60,169 nucleotides of DNA from an uncultured Candidatus Saccharibacteria bacterium (GCA_964405115.1 CAYOMN010000001.1:5755-65923); one strand, 5' to 3'; shown: positions 28,110 to 38,886, counted from the first letter of the stretch. The notes: generated by a model not told the origin, from the letters alone. Made by a program: numbers and translations.

Positions 28110-29618
28110 TTACTCTCCTTTAGTTAGGTTGACCAAATTATGTTTAGTTTTTCTATTTCGATAAATAAGAAAAAATAGAATTATATAATATATAATAACC
28201 AACAAAGAAGAAAACTTCGGTACATTAATTTTTGCGAAAGGTACTTTTGCAAAAAACCCTACTAAGATTAAAATATATTTTAAAGAAAATGTAGTTGGAA
28301 CTGCAACTATTGATGCAATTGCTGGAGAAAGAAAACCTATTATGGCTGTCAAAAAACCAAGCCCCATTGTTATTGGAACCATAAATAACACTAACATGTT
28401 TACAAAAACAGAGATAATAGAAAAATCTCCTATGTAAAATAAAATCAAAGGAACAACCATTATTTGTGCAGCAATACTTGCTGATGCTGAATCTCTTAGC
28501 GCAAATATTTTTGGAATAAACTTTAATTTATTCTCTAAAATAGGCATAATTACGATTAAACCATATGTTGCTAAAAAAGAAAATTGAAAAGATATGTCAA
28601 AATATAAAACCCAAGGATTATAAAAAACCATGAATATACCAGCAAACAACAAAGCTCTTTCGACAACATATGGTCTACCTACAACTTTTGCTAATACAAT
28701 AAATAAAGCCATTATTGATGCGCGAATGACCGTCGGGCCAGCGCCAACAAGTAATGCAAAAACAACAATACCTACAACGGCTATAAAAGATCTTGTATAC
28801 AAAGGCAGAAATCCTAGAATTATCATAATAGCTATAATCACAATAGAAACATTGTATCCAGATAATACAACAATATGCATTAGACCTGTTGTTCTGAAAT
28901 CATTCTCCAGATTATCTCCAAGAGCAGTCTTTTCACCAAGAAGAACACCTGCTAGAAGAGATGATTCTGGTCTTGGAATATAACTATAAATTTTACTTAA
29001 AAGTTTATCTTTTAAATCATAGAGTAAAGAAAATATAGACCTGTTGGCTTCTACTATTATCTTTATATCCCCAGACTTCCCAGTATAATATATTCCATCT
29101 TTCTCTAAAAAATGTTCATAATCAAATACTCTTCCGTTATCAGATTCAAATTGTTTTGGTTTTTGTGGGATAGTCTTAAAACGAATGGTTTGACCATATC
29201 TATATTCATTAAAATCAGAAGTCTTAAGAGAAATCTTTGTCTTTAAATCTTTAATATTTTGTCCAAAATATATTTTATCTGTATTGATAATTAATGTCTG
29301 TGAGGAATCTATATTTAATGGTTTTTCTATAATCTTTCCACTCAAAACAACTTCAATTTTTTTGTCAGAAAAATAATCTAGTACATGTTTTTGATTATTA
29401 TTAATAGACAAATCAAACCGCAAAAACCCTAATAAAAAAAATAGGGTGGAAATCGCAATAATTTTAATAAAACCCTTACTAAAAAAGAATAGAAAAATAG
29501 AAATTCCTAGTATAAATAATAAAAGAATATTATCGATACTTGCATTCAAAAAAATAGAGTGGAGCAATATTCCACCTAGAAATGAAAAGATATATATAAG
29601 AAATTCCTTCTTAAACAC
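28110..29618 (-). CDS. comEC: ComEC/Rec2 competence channel (DUF4131 plus competence domain, no MBL domain)
   Basis: N-terminal OB-like region followed by a polytopic domain with the LLGEK...GLMHIVVLSGYNV pattern. Confidence 0.8.
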   Translation of the reverse strand: MFKKEFLIYIFSFLGGILLHSIFLNASIDNILLLFILGISIFLFFFSKGFIKIIAISTLFFLLGFLRFDLSINNNQKHVLDYFSDKKIEVVLSGKIIEKPLNIDSSQTLIINTDKIYFGQNIKDLKTKISLKTSDFNEYRYGQTIRFKTIPQKPKQFESDNGRVFDYEHFLEKDGIYYTGKSGDIKIIVEANRSIFSLLYDLKDKLLSKIYSYIPRPESSLLAGVLLGEKTALGDNLENDFRTTGLMHIVVLSGYNVSIVIIAIMIILGFLPLYTRSFIAVVGIVVFALLVGAGPTVIRASIMALFIVLAKVVGRPYVVERALLFAGIFMVFYNPWVLYFDISFQFSFLATYGLIVIMPILENKLKFIPKIFALRDSASASIAAQIMVVPLILFYIGDFSIISVFVNMLVLFMVPITMGLGFLTAIIGFLSPAIASIVAVPTTFSLKYILILVGFFAKVPFAKINVPKFSSLLVIIYYIILFFLIYRNRKTKHNLVNLTKGE

Positions 29619-29650
29619 ATTATTATTTTAACATAAAAGCAATTTTGCTT

Positions 29651-30013
29651 TTATAATTCTTTTTTTATCTTTTCTGCAATTTCTTTAAAATTTTTCTCTA
29701 TTCCATTATTTGGAACTTGTGGCCATATCTTTATATGAGCATGTGAAACTTCTTCCCCATAAATTTCCATACGAATCATATCTGTGTGAAATACTTTTTG
29801 TTGTGCACGAGCAATACGACGAACTAAATTCATATACTCAGAATATTTATCAACATCCCAAACCCAACGAAATTCTTTTTTTGGGATTATTAATGTGTGA
29901 CCAGGGGCTCTTGGAAAAATATCTAAAAATACAAAAAAGTCTTCATCTTCATAAATCTTATAAGAAGGAACTTCTCCATCAATTATTTTTTTAAAAATTG
30001 TTTTTTCTGACAT
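29651..30013 (-). CDS. HIT family protein
   Basis: Motifs IFKKIIDGEVP, APGHTLIIPKK and SHAHIKIWP (a variant histidine triad). I place the start at ATG 30013. Confidence 0.75.
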   Translation of the reverse strand: MSEKTIFKKIIDGEVPSYKIYEDEDFFVFLDIFPRAPGHTLIIPKKEFRWVWDVDKYSEYMNLVRRIARAQQKVFHTDMIRMEIYGEEVSHAHIKIWPQVPNNGIEKNFKEIAEKIKKEL

Positions 30014-30094
30014 ATACATAAGTATAATTTTACAAAAAATAATATGCAAGAAAAAAACACACTTACAATGTAAATGTGTTTTTATACAAACATA

Positions 30095-30694
30095 TTAATA
30101 TTCTATTTTTTTATAGGTTTTCCCTAATTTCTCTCCACTACTAATTAGTATTATAGCATGAACAACTCTAACACTAATTAATGAACCCCATTGAGAAATC
30201 TTTAACGCCTTCCTTAAAAAATAAATTTTTTCATCTTTCTCTATTTTATTCAATGCCGTTGAATATAACTTCTCGGCCTCTTTTTTGCTCTTAAAAAAAC
30301 CATCTCTTATTATCCTTAAATCTCTCAACATATCATCAACTAAAGGATAATCATTAAAAAATAATTTTATCCTTTCTTTTAAAGATTTCTTTATTTTAAA
30401 ATCATTAAACATAACAATATGGTTTAATAACCCATGCTTATTGAAAAGTTTAACAACAAATGCCTCATCTCTGAGTCTCTCCAAGTATGATCTCGAAGAA
30501 ACCGTATCTAAAGAAAGAACATCTACTAAATCATCATCTCCAAAGTATCTTCTGTTTAACTTAGAGATACTTTCACAAATAATTTGTTTTATCCACTCTC
30601 TTGTAATATCTTCTTTCAAAAAAGCTTGAATGATATTCATCCTTCTGATATTTTTTTCAATATCAATTCGTCTAAAAGACCTTAAAATATCCAT
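30095..30694 (-). CDS. hypothetical protein
   Basis: 199-aa ORF that looks helical. No recognisable motif. Confidence 0.4.
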   Translation of the reverse strand: MDILRSFRRIDIEKNIRRMNIIQAFLKEDITREWIKQIICESISKLNRRYFGDDDLVDVLSLDTVSSRSYLERLRDEAFVVKLFNKHGLLNHIVMFNDFKIKKSLKERIKLFFNDYPLVDDMLRDLRIIRDGFFKSKKEAEKLYSTALNKIEKDEKIYFLRKALKISQWGSLISVRVVHAIILISSGEKLGKTYKKIEY

Positions 30695-30791
30695 AATTAT
30701 TATATTTAATTGTTAATATTAATGTTAATTCAAAATTATAATAACATAAACATAAGAATAAGCAAATATTTTTATATGGTATACTGACGAA

Positions 30792-32528
30792 ATGAACAAA
30801 TACGTTTTTGCTAGAAAGATAACGAACAATCATGAATTATTGAATAAATATTCAATAATAATTGCTCAACTACTTTTTAATCGCAAGATAAACACACTTA
30901 AGGAAGCACAGGAATTTCTGGACCCAAAATGGGAAGACAATAATGATCCGTATCTAATAAAAAATATGAAAAAAGCTGTTCTGCGTTTTATAAAAGCTGT
31001 AAATTGTAATGAAAAAATAACTATTTATGCAGACTATGATGCAGACGGAATACCTGGTGCAATAATACTATCTGATCTCTTAGATAAAATTTCTTATGAA
31101 AACTATGATATTTATATTCCACATCGTCATAATGAAGGATATGGAATACATAAAGAAGCAATAAAAAAAATTATTAATTCTGGAACAAAGCTCATAATTA
31201 GTATTGATGTAGGTATTACAGCAAATGAAAGTGCTAAACTGTGCAAAAAAGAAAAGGTTGATCTAATCATTACTGATCACCACCTCCCTATTCAAAAAAA
31301 TGGAAAAGAAAGCTTACCTAGGGCTTTTACAATACTTAACCCAAAGCAAGAAGATGATAATTACCCAAACAGAATGATTTGTGGTGCTGGAGTTATCTTT
31401 AAATTTGTTCAAGCTTTCGTTCAAAAATACGGAGAAAAATACAATATCCAAGAAGGCTGGGAAAAGTGGCTTCTAGACATGCTCGGTATTGCAACTATTT
31501 CTGATATGGTTCCTCTAAAAAATGAAAATCGTATATTTGCATACTATGGGATGAAAGTTATAAAAGAAATTACTAAGAATGGAAATAAACATCGCATTGG
31601 TCTTAAAACACTTATACAAAATGCTGGGATAAATACAGAGTATATGACAGAAGAAAATATTTCTTTTGGAATTACACCACAAATTAATGCAGCCTCTCGT
31701 ATGAGTCACCCAAAAGATGCAGTTGTCGTCTTTCAGTCAAAAGATATCAAAGAAGTACAATCATCTGTTGAACATCTTACGAAACTTAATAACAAACGAA
31801 AAAAATTAACTAAAAAAACAACCGCAGAAGCACTTCTTCTAATAGAAAACAAAAAAATAAAAGATATTATCGTTGTCGGAAATAAAAATTGGAAAGCTGG
31901 AATACTCGGACTTGTTGCTTCAAAACTTGTAAATAAATATAAAGTTCCTGTTTTTGTATGGTCACAAGAAAAAAATATAATTAAAGGTTCTTGTCGCTCT
32001 ATAGATGAACTACATTTAGTAGATATTATGCAAAATACACATGTTAATTCTTTTATAAACTTCGGCGGTCATGCAGAAGCAGGAGGTTTTTCTTGTTCCA
32101 TTGATGAAATAGATTATCTTGAGGATAGGCTTTCAAAATCGATTAATGAATATAAGGAAAAAAATAAAAAGAGAAAAATAACGAAAAAGATAGTCGATCT
32201 GGAACTATCTATTGACTCTATTAATGTTGATACCTATAAAGAAATAAGAAAACTTGCGCCGTTTGGAATCGAGAATGAAAAGCCACTATTCATTTTAAAA
32301 AATGTTCTCATTGAAAAAACCAGAACATTTGGAAAAGAAAAAAATCACTTAGAAATATTTTTTAAAAATTCAATTGGAAAAACCATTCGTGGAATCGCTT
32401 TTTTCAAAGTTCCTAGCGATTTTAAAGAACTCAAAGAAAACAAAACTTGTAATATTATTGCACATATAGAATATTCAGTATTTATTGGAAAACATGAGTT
32501 ACGATTACAAATAATTGACATAGTTTAA
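30792..32528 (+). CDS. recJ: single-stranded-DNA-specific exonuclease RecJ
   Basis: DHH family motifs DYDADGI, ITDHH and GGHAEAGG. Confidence 0.9.
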   Translation: MNKYVFARKITNNHELLNKYSIIIAQLLFNRKINTLKEAQEFLDPKWEDNNDPYLIKNMKKAVLRFIKAVNCNEKITIYADYDADGIPGAIILSDLLDKISYENYDIYIPHRHNEGYGIHKEAIKKIINSGTKLIISIDVGITANESAKLCKKEKVDLIITDHHLPIQKNGKESLPRAFTILNPKQEDDNYPNRMICGAGVIFKFVQAFVQKYGEKYNIQEGWEKWLLDMLGIATISDMVPLKNENRIFAYYGMKVIKEITKNGNKHRIGLKTLIQNAGINTEYMTEENISFGITPQINAASRMSHPKDAVVVFQSKDIKEVQSSVEHLTKLNNKRKKLTKKTTAEALLLIENKKIKDIIVVGNKNWKAGILGLVASKLVNKYKVPVFVWSQEKNIIKGSCRSIDELHLVDIMQNTHVNSFINFGGHAEAGGFSCSIDEIDYLEDRLSKSINEYKEKNKKRKITKKIVDLELSIDSINVDTYKEIRKLAPFGIENEKPLFILKNVLIEKTRTFGKEKNHLEIFFKNSIGKTIRGIAFFKVPSDFKELKENKTCNIIAHIEYSVFIGKHELRLQIIDIV

Positions 32529-32556
32529 TGTATGTGGATAACTTATTTTAAATAAC

Positions 32557-32584
32557 TTGACAAGTTTATCAATTAAGATATATT
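32557..32584 (+). promoter_or_regulatory. sigma70-like promoter (TTGACA - 16 nt - TATATT)
   Basis: TTGACA at 32557..32562 and TATATT at 32579..32584, in an ORF-free gap downstream of recJ. Confidence 0.5.
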
Positions 32585-32590
32585 ATTAAT

Positions 32591-32805
32591 AATAATTAAA
32601 TATTCATTTAAATTAATTTTATGAAAAACTTCAGAGGATTGGGTCCACCAAAAAATTTATTTAAATTATTTGCAGTATTTGCCGTATAAAAAACAAAAAC
32701 CGAAGAAAATGAAAAGAAAAATTTCTTGGTGGTATAAAATAACCACTGACAACTAGCCTGGCAACAGCTAGGATAAACGCTGATCCCAGTATCAGCGTTT
32801 TTTTT
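32591..32805 (+). other. small promoter-to-terminator unit (about 215 nt) with two mini-ORFs; a candidate small-protein or sRNA gene upstream of efp
   Basis: Mini-ORF 32621..32689 encodes MKNFRGLGPPKNLFKLFAVFAV. Mini-ORF 32709..32756 encodes MKRKISWWYKITTDN. A hairpin ctagc...gctag lies at 32753..32771, followed by the terminator. Confidence 0.35.
32775..32805 (+). terminator. intrinsic terminator
   Basis: Stem aaacgctgat/atcagcgttt with a T-run of 8. Confidence 0.8.
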
Positions 32806-32845
32806 ATAAATTGATTTTTATAGATGAATAAGTAATATAGATTAT

Positions 32846-33430
32846 ATGTTAAATTATAACGAAATTACAAAACGAAAATTTATAGTACTAAATAATGAAC
32901 CTTATGAAGTAATATCTTCAGCAGTTTCAAGAAAACAAGCAAATAAACCAGTAAATAAAACCAAACTAAAATCACTTATTTCAGGTCGTGTTGTTGAATA
33001 TACCTTTCACATGTCTGATAAAGTTGAAGAGGCGGAAATGTCTAGAAAAGATATTATATATATTTACTCTCGTGGAGATAAACACTGGTTTCATAGCGAA
33101 GGAGATAAATCAGATAGATTTATCTTAGATTCAAATGTTGTCAACAATATTCTCGATTATATTTCAGAAAACGAAACACTTAGTGCTCTTGTTTATACTG
33201 ACGATGAATATAATGAAAAAATAATTGGATTTAAACTCCCTATCAAAAAAGAGCTTGAGGTAGTTGAAGCGCCACCATCAATCAAGGGAAATACAGCAAC
33301 AGGTGGAGATAAATTGGTAACATTGAACACAGGATTAAAAGTTACAGTTCCACTATTCATTAATACTGGAGATGTTATTGCAGTAAATACTGATACAGGA
33401 GAATACACTGAACGAATTTCTAAAAAATAA
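32846..33430 (+). CDS. efp: elongation factor P
   Basis: Full-length EF-P pattern (...KPVNKTKLKSLISG... and the C-terminal OB domains). Confidence 0.9.
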   Translation: MLNYNEITKRKFIVLNNEPYEVISSAVSRKQANKPVNKTKLKSLISGRVVEYTFHMSDKVEEAEMSRKDIIYIYSRGDKHWFHSEGDKSDRFILDSNVVNNILDYISENETLSALVYTDDEYNEKIIGFKLPIKKELEVVEAPPSIKGNTATGGDKLVTLNTGLKVTVPLFINTGDVIAVNTDTGEYTERISKK

Positions 33431-33451
33431 AAACGGCTATTAACCGTTTTT
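33429..33451. terminator. bidirectional terminator between efp and pyrD
   Basis: aaaaacgg ctattaa ccgttttt. Confidence 0.6.
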
Positions 33452-34577
33452 ATTTTTTAAAATAAGAACCAATAGCTTCCCCTATGTTCACGTATCCATC
33501 TTTGTCTAATAAATGAATTAACCCCTTATTTATATTTCCGATAAGTTGTGGACCTTCAAAAATCATTCCTGTTATGAGTTGCACAAGAGAAGCTCCTCGC
33601 CTTATTTTTTCATAAGCATCTTCTGTAGAAAAAATTCCACCAACACCAATAATTTTTATCTCATCTCCGAATTCTTGATAAATATTGCTAATCAAATCAT
33701 TTGAAAATTTTTCAACTGGTTTACCACTAAAATTTCCCTTCCATTTATTATTAATAACTTTTTGTATTTCTTCTTTATCAAAATCATAATTTGATTTTTC
33801 CTTGAGAAGATTCGCAACAATAATAGCATCAACATTATGCTGTATCATAATTTGCACAAGCCCCTTTGCTTCACTCCAATCAATCTCAGCTTGAAATTTT
33901 ACAAAGAGAACTTTATCACCAATAATTCTTCTTATTTCTCTCAGAAGTTCATCTAATATTTTAGAGTCAGCAAGAACACCTGAACCAGCAACATTTGGAC
34001 AAGAAATATTTAATTCAAAATAAGCAAAATAATCTCTCTTTTCATGGTTCATCAGATATTGAAAACTCTCCAATATATCCGCAACCTGTGCCTCTGAATC
34101 ACAAACGGATGGAGAATTTGTTGCCCCAATAGATATTCCAACTTGTGCTGGAAAATATGAAGTAAAAGAAACATTTTCTAAAACTTTTTTTAGACCAAAA
34201 CTTTTAAACCCCTTATTGATAAGAAGAGATTTTGATTTTGGAAGTCGCGCAAGACGTGGTTTTGGATTTCCTTTATATTCTTGAAAAGTAACAGTTCCGC
34301 CAGACATAAAAGCAAAACCTAATTCTCCTAAAATATGAGTGAGTTGAACATTATAATCAAAACCAGCAGAAAGACCAACCGGGTTTCTAAAATGAATTCC
34401 AAAGAGATTTTGTTCTAATTCTTTATGTTGATAAGAAAATAAACTTCTCATAATCCATTTTGTAAAACGAAATTTTCCAAGAAAAACTCCATATTTTGTA
34501 AAATGATCATGAATAAACTCTGGATCATGCTTAAACAAAATGGGCTTTATTACTTTTTTATATAAAAATGTTTTCAT
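33450..34577 (-). CDS. pyrD: dihydroorotate dehydrogenase (quinone-type, class 2)
   Basis: Motifs GLSAGFD, NISCPN and GVGGI. Confidence 0.85.
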   Translation of the reverse strand: MKTFLYKKVIKPILFKHDPEFIHDHFTKYGVFLGKFRFTKWIMRSLFSYQHKELEQNLFGIHFRNPVGLSAGFDYNVQLTHILGELGFAFMSGGTVTFQEYKGNPKPRLARLPKSKSLLINKGFKSFGLKKVLENVSFTSYFPAQVGISIGATNSPSVCDSEAQVADILESFQYLMNHEKRDYFAYFELNISCPNVAGSGVLADSKILDELLREIRRIIGDKVLFVKFQAEIDWSEAKGLVQIMIQHNVDAIIVANLLKEKSNYDFDKEEIQKVINNKWKGNFSGKPVEKFSNDLISNIYQEFGDEIKIIGVGGIFSTEDAYEKIRRGASLVQLITGMIFEGPQLIGNINKGLIHLLDKDGYVNIGEAIGSYFKK

Positions 34578-34729
34578 TATATCTATTATACTTACCTAAT
34601 AGTAATTTAGAAGTAAAGAATAAATACAATTGACGACTATCTCTTTCTTTCTATAGTGAAAGTGAATAAAGAGGAAAATCCTCAGCTCTGTTGTAAAACA
34701 AAGTCATGAAAAAATTGAAAATTTATATC

Positions 34730-34888
34730 ATGAAAAAACTATTTTTATTTATTCTAACTATCGGTATTGGATTAACTAGCATGTCTCAAAACAAAAAAAT
34801 TATCGGTCTATCTCTATCATCAGGAAAAAAGAAAAATTGGTTAAAAATAATAATAATTTTAGTATCTTTACAACAACAATGCGAATAA
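34730..34888 (+). CDS. possible short or truncated secreted protein (signal peptide only)
   Basis: MKKLFLFILTIGIGLTSMSQ... has the same signal-peptide style as 39913..40467 and 43141..43668. A TTGACG-16-TATAGT promoter lies upstream. The ORF is only 52 aa. Confidence 0.2.
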   Translation: MKKLFLFILTIGIGLTSMSQNKKIIGLSLSSGKKKNWLKIIIILVSLQQQCE

Positions 34889-34965
34889 TAATGTTCGTAA
34901 ATATTGCACAAAAATAGAATTTAGAATGTTAAAAAACAAAAAACGCGAAGTATATCATGCGTTTT

Positions 34966-36405
34966 TTATTTTCTCTCAAACAATGGTTTTTCTGGAATAA
35001 TTACTTCAGTTAGATATTCCTGAATCTTCTCTGCTGTATCTGGCATAAATGGATAAAGAGATACAGTTAAACGACTTAGTTCTTTAGCAACATAGTGTAA
35101 ATCATTATGTGCTGATTCTTCATCTTCTTTTATTTTTTTAAATGGTTTTTCTGTTGCAATAAAGGTATCAAGATCCCCAATAAGATGCCAAATTTCATTC
35201 ATGATTTTATTATAATCAAATCCATCAAAGTGTTTTCTATGAAATGAAAGTATTGATTCATGATCATCAAAATTAATATCTGAAATATCAACATTATAGC
35301 TAACAATCATTTTCATACTTCTCTGGATAAGATTTCCAATTCCATTTGCAAGATTTGCATTATAAGCTTCTTTAAATTTTTCCATAGTCATATCAGAATC
35401 CTCAAATGAATGCACATGTCTCAATAAGTAATATCTTAATGCGTCAGTTCCATATTCATCAACAATTTCATATGGGTCAATAACATTGCCAAGTGATTTT
35501 GACATCTTTTTTCCTCCTGAGTTTATAAAACCATTCACAACAACTTGTTTCGTATTTGGAAGTCTTGCAGCCATAAGCATTGCTTGCCACATAGCAGTTT
35601 GTTGTCGAAGATTATCCTTACCGCAATACTGTATAGTATTCCCACTATCCCAATATTCTGAAAATAATTCATTGTCTGGCCAACCTAATGTAGAAATATA
35701 ACTCACAAGGGCATCAAACCAAACATACATAACATGATCGTCATCTCCTGGAACTGATATTCCCCACGGCATTTTTGTCTTAAGACGTGATATAGAAAAA
35801 TCTTGTAATCCTCTTTCAATAAATCTTTTTATTTCATTAAATCTAAAATCAGGAACAACAAAATTAGGATTTAACTTGTAAAACTCCAATAATTCATCTT
35901 GAAAAGCAGAAAATTTAAAAAAGTAATTCTCCTCGTCAATAAATTCAATTTCACGGTTTGGATGATTAGGACAAATACCATTTTCTAAATCTGAATCCGT
36001 TTTAATAAGTTCACAACCAACACAGTATTTTGCTCTGTAATTTTTTTTATAAATAAAACCATTTTTATCACATAACTTCCAAAATTCTTGAGCAGCTCTT
36101 ATATGTTTTTTATCTGTCGTACGAATAAAATGGATATCATTTGATAATCCTAATATTTTTTTTAGTCCCTTGAATTCATTCGCATACTTATTAACATAAT
36201 CCTGTACATTCATGTTAAATTTTTCAGCGTTTTCTAAGATTTTCATTCCATGTTCATCTGTACCAGTATTGAAAAAAACATCAAAACCTGTTAATTTCTT
36301 ATATCTAGCAAAAGCATCTGCTCTAATTATTTCCATAGCAAAACCAACATGAGGTTTTGCATTAACGTATGGCAATGTTGTTGTTACATATTGTCTTTTT
36401 TTCAT
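34966..36405 (-). CDS. metG: methionine--tRNA ligase (short form)
   Basis: [12 protein letters not shown] (HIGH region), KMSKS, and the C..C zinc knuckle CVGCE...CPNH. Confidence 0.92.
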   Translation of the reverse strand: MKKRQYVTTTLPYVNAKPHVGFAMEIIRADAFARYKKLTGFDVFFNTGTDEHGMKILENAEKFNMNVQDYVNKYANEFKGLKKILGLSNDIHFIRTTDKKHIRAAQEFWKLCDKNGFIYKKNYRAKYCVGCELIKTDSDLENGICPNHPNREIEFIDEENYFFKFSAFQDELLEFYKLNPNFVVPDFRFNEIKRFIERGLQDFSISRLKTKMPWGISVPGDDDHVMYVWFDALVSYISTLGWPDNELFSEYWDSGNTIQYCGKDNLRQQTAMWQAMLMAARLPNTKQVVVNGFINSGGKKMSKSLGNVIDPYEIVDEYGTDALRYYLLRHVHSFEDSDMTMEKFKEAYNANLANGIGNLIQRSMKMIVSYNVDISDINFDDHESILSFHRKHFDGFDYNKIMNEIWHLIGDLDTFIATEKPFKKIKEDEESAHNDLHYVAKELSRLTVSLYPFMPDTAEKIQEYLTEVIIPEKPLFERK

Positions 36406-36408
36406 AAT

Positions 36409-37470
36409 CTATTCTCCTGCTTTTATAGCATATTTTATATTACTCTTTTCCTTCTTATGACTTTCTATTTCAGCTATAATTTCTAACACAAACAAAGCCA
36501 TAGGTATTGCAATAATAAGCCCAGCAATACCAAAAAGCTTAATACCAACAATAAGAGATAAAATTACGACCAATGGTGGAATTCCTGTCATCTTTCTAAA
36601 CAAAACTGGCTGAATAATATAATCCAAAATTTGCTGAACAATTACATAAAAAATTACAACAAATAAACCAGCCTTCCATCCATCATGAATAACAGCAATA
36701 GCAATCGTTGGTAACACGGCTATAAATACTCCATATGGAATAAAACCAAATAGCCCAGCCAACAACGCTAATAATAAAGCATACGGAACTGACATTAGCG
36801 TAAGTCCTATGTATGTAACAACAACTAATAAAAATGCTATTATCAATTGTCCGCGAAACCAGCTTCCTATTTTCTTCTGAGTATTATGCCAAACTCTTAA
36901 TGCCTTTTTTTCATATCTTTCTGGGGTAAATACTCTTATAACCCTATCTATACTATCGTCTTTCAGGCTTAAATAAAATGAAATAATAAGAACAATAACA
37001 ATGCTAGCAACTCCACCAAAAAATGAACCAACTCCATTTAATAATTTCATTATTGGTACGTGTTTTGCCTGTAAAAGAAGATCTCTAACACTTGTTATAC
37101 CATCCAAATTAGTTGTAATAAAATCAAAATTAATATATCCAACAATATTTGGATAAAATTCAGCTAAAACTTTTATTTCATTAGTAATAACCGGGACCAT
37201 GAATAAAATAATTCCAAAGAACAAAACCAATGTTACTAAATAAAATATAAGTACCGAAATAATACGTGGAATTTTACGTCTTCTTAATTTTTTTACAAAA
37301 TCATCAGCAAATATCGATATAACAATAGCAACCAAGATCATTAACAAAAACCCCTTAACAGACCATAGTGCATAAACAAATGCCATAACACTTACCAAAG
37401 CGAGAAGATTGTAAACATCAAATTTTATTGTCATCGTTGAATTATCTTTCATATATAAATATATTATCAC
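36409..37470 (-). CDS. AI-2E family transporter (PerM/UPF0118)
   Basis: Polytopic protein with the family-typical C-terminal GLIIAIPMA pattern. Confidence 0.7.
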   Translation of the reverse strand: MIIYLYMKDNSTMTIKFDVYNLLALVSVMAFVYALWSVKGFLLMILVAIVISIFADDFVKKLRRRKIPRIISVLIFYLVTLVLFFGIILFMVPVITNEIKVLAEFYPNIVGYINFDFITTNLDGITSVRDLLLQAKHVPIMKLLNGVGSFFGGVASIVIVLIISFYLSLKDDSIDRVIRVFTPERYEKKALRVWHNTQKKIGSWFRGQLIIAFLLVVVTYIGLTLMSVPYALLLALLAGLFGFIPYGVFIAVLPTIAIAVIHDGWKAGLFVVIFYVIVQQILDYIIQPVLFRKMTGIPPLVVILSLIVGIKLFGIAGLIIAIPMALFVLEIIAEIESHKKEKSNIKYAIKAGE

Positions 37471-37518
37471 AAAGTATCTAAAATAACATTTTTAGTAACA
37501 CATGTTACAATATATATT

Positions 37519-38886
37519 GTGGAATATGTTCAATTATTAACTGTATTAATGCTTATTGTCTTTACATCAAAGATATTAGCCCAGATAACAAAGACAGTGG
37601 ATATTCTCTGGTATATTATATTAGGAATTATTGGAACACAATATGTGTTTAATATTAACCTAAATATATTAGAAAACTGGTCTATGCTTGGTGTTATCTT
37701 TATAATGTTTTATGCTGGATGGAGAGAAAGCCTTCCAAAATTCTTAAGAGAAGTATGGAGAAATAAATGGGTAGCAATTATAGCTGCAATTGGCCCATTT
37801 ATTGGTGCGCTTATAGCGTATTTATTATTAGGATTTACAGAAGTTGAATCTGCAGTAGCTGGTTTTGTATTTACAGCAACTGCTGTCCCTTATACTATTG
37901 CAATCCTAACAAACCTGGGACTTGAAAAAACTAGGGCGGCGAAATCTGCACTCGCAACCGCAATGGCAGATAATTTTATCTCAGTTTTTTTAGCTGTTGG
38001 TGTATTACCAGCATTTGTAATAATCAGATCAGGAAAAGGACTAACAAATATAAAAGACTTAATGCTTGCAGTCGGGGGAGAAGTTGGAATAGTTGCTGCA
38101 GCATTTCTTGTGTTTGCCATATTAGGTTTATTTATTTTACCAGATGCACACAAACACATTGAAATGGATACATCAGATATGCTAGAGAGAAAAGATATAA
38201 TTGGTAGAATTTTTAGATTCTTCTATAGAGTTAGAAAGGCTCCTGGTTTTTATGCAATATCATCAATGTTCTTTAATGTAAGAATAGGTGTTCCGATGAC
38301 TCTATTATTATTATTTGGCTTATCTTGGCTTGCATATAGTATGGGATTACATCCAGCGATAGGTGCATATTTAACTGGGCTAATCTTACATGCTGAAATG
38401 TACCGTAAGGGAAAAATAGATGAAATTAAAAATCAACAGATAATAGTAGACCATGGAAACCTTTCTGTATTCTTTTATTTCGCACAAGAATGGATCGGTC
38501 CTATGTTTTTTATATATCTTGGAAGTCAACTTATAACAGATTGGTCAAAAGCATGGATAATAATATTGGAAGCTATTATTGCTGGAATAATAATCTCATC
38601 ATTCCAATTTATAACTGCATATTACGGAGGAAGAAAAACAGCAAAACTACCAAAACACGATTCAATTCTTTTGGGATTTGGAATGCTCCCAAGAGATGTT
38701 TTAGCATTTGTTGTCCTTGGTATTGCAGTTGATGCAGGAATAATAAACCAAAATGGTAATTTTGTTATAACAATAGTCCTTACAGTACTCGCAATGAATA
38801 TATTAAGTTCACTAGGATTACTTTGGTATAAACCAAAATACAAAAAAGCAGAAAAATTATTTATTGAAACAAAAAAAGAAGCTTAA
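37519..38886 (+). CDS. cation:proton antiporter family membrane protein
   Basis: About 12 TM segments with Na+/H+ exchanger-like organisation. The start is GTG, 7 nt after TGTTACAAT. Confidence 0.55.
   Translation: MEYVQLLTVLMLIVFTSKILAQITKTVDILWYIILGIIGTQYVFNINLNILENWSMLGVIFIMFYAGWRESLPKFLREVWRNKWVAIIAAIGPFIGALIAYLLLGFTEVESAVAGFVFTATAVPYTIAILTNLGLEKTRAAKSALATAMADNFISVFLAVGVLPAFVIIRSGKGLTNIKDLMLAVGGEVGIVAAAFLVFAILGLFILPDAHKHIEMDTSDMLERKDIIGRIFRFFYRVRKAPGFYAISSMFFNVRIGVPMTLLLLFGLSWLAYSMGLHPAIGAYLTGLILHAEMYRKGKIDEIKNQQIIVDHGNLSVFFYFAQEWIGPMFFIYLGSQLITDWSKAWIIILEAIIAGIIISSFQFITAYYGGRKTAKLPKHDSILLGFGMLPRDVLAFVVLGIAVDAGIINQNGNFVITIVLTVLAMNILSSLGLLWYKPKYKKAEKLFIETKKEA

Noticed and set aside
17671-32541. 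Three perfect DnaA boxes (TTATCCACA at 17671..17679, and its complement TGTGGATAA at 24642..24650 and 32533..32541) as an oriC signal
   Set aside because: They are 7-8 kb apart and are not clustered with an AT-rich unwinding element or with dnaA/dnaN. A few chance 9-mers are expected in AT-rich DNA.
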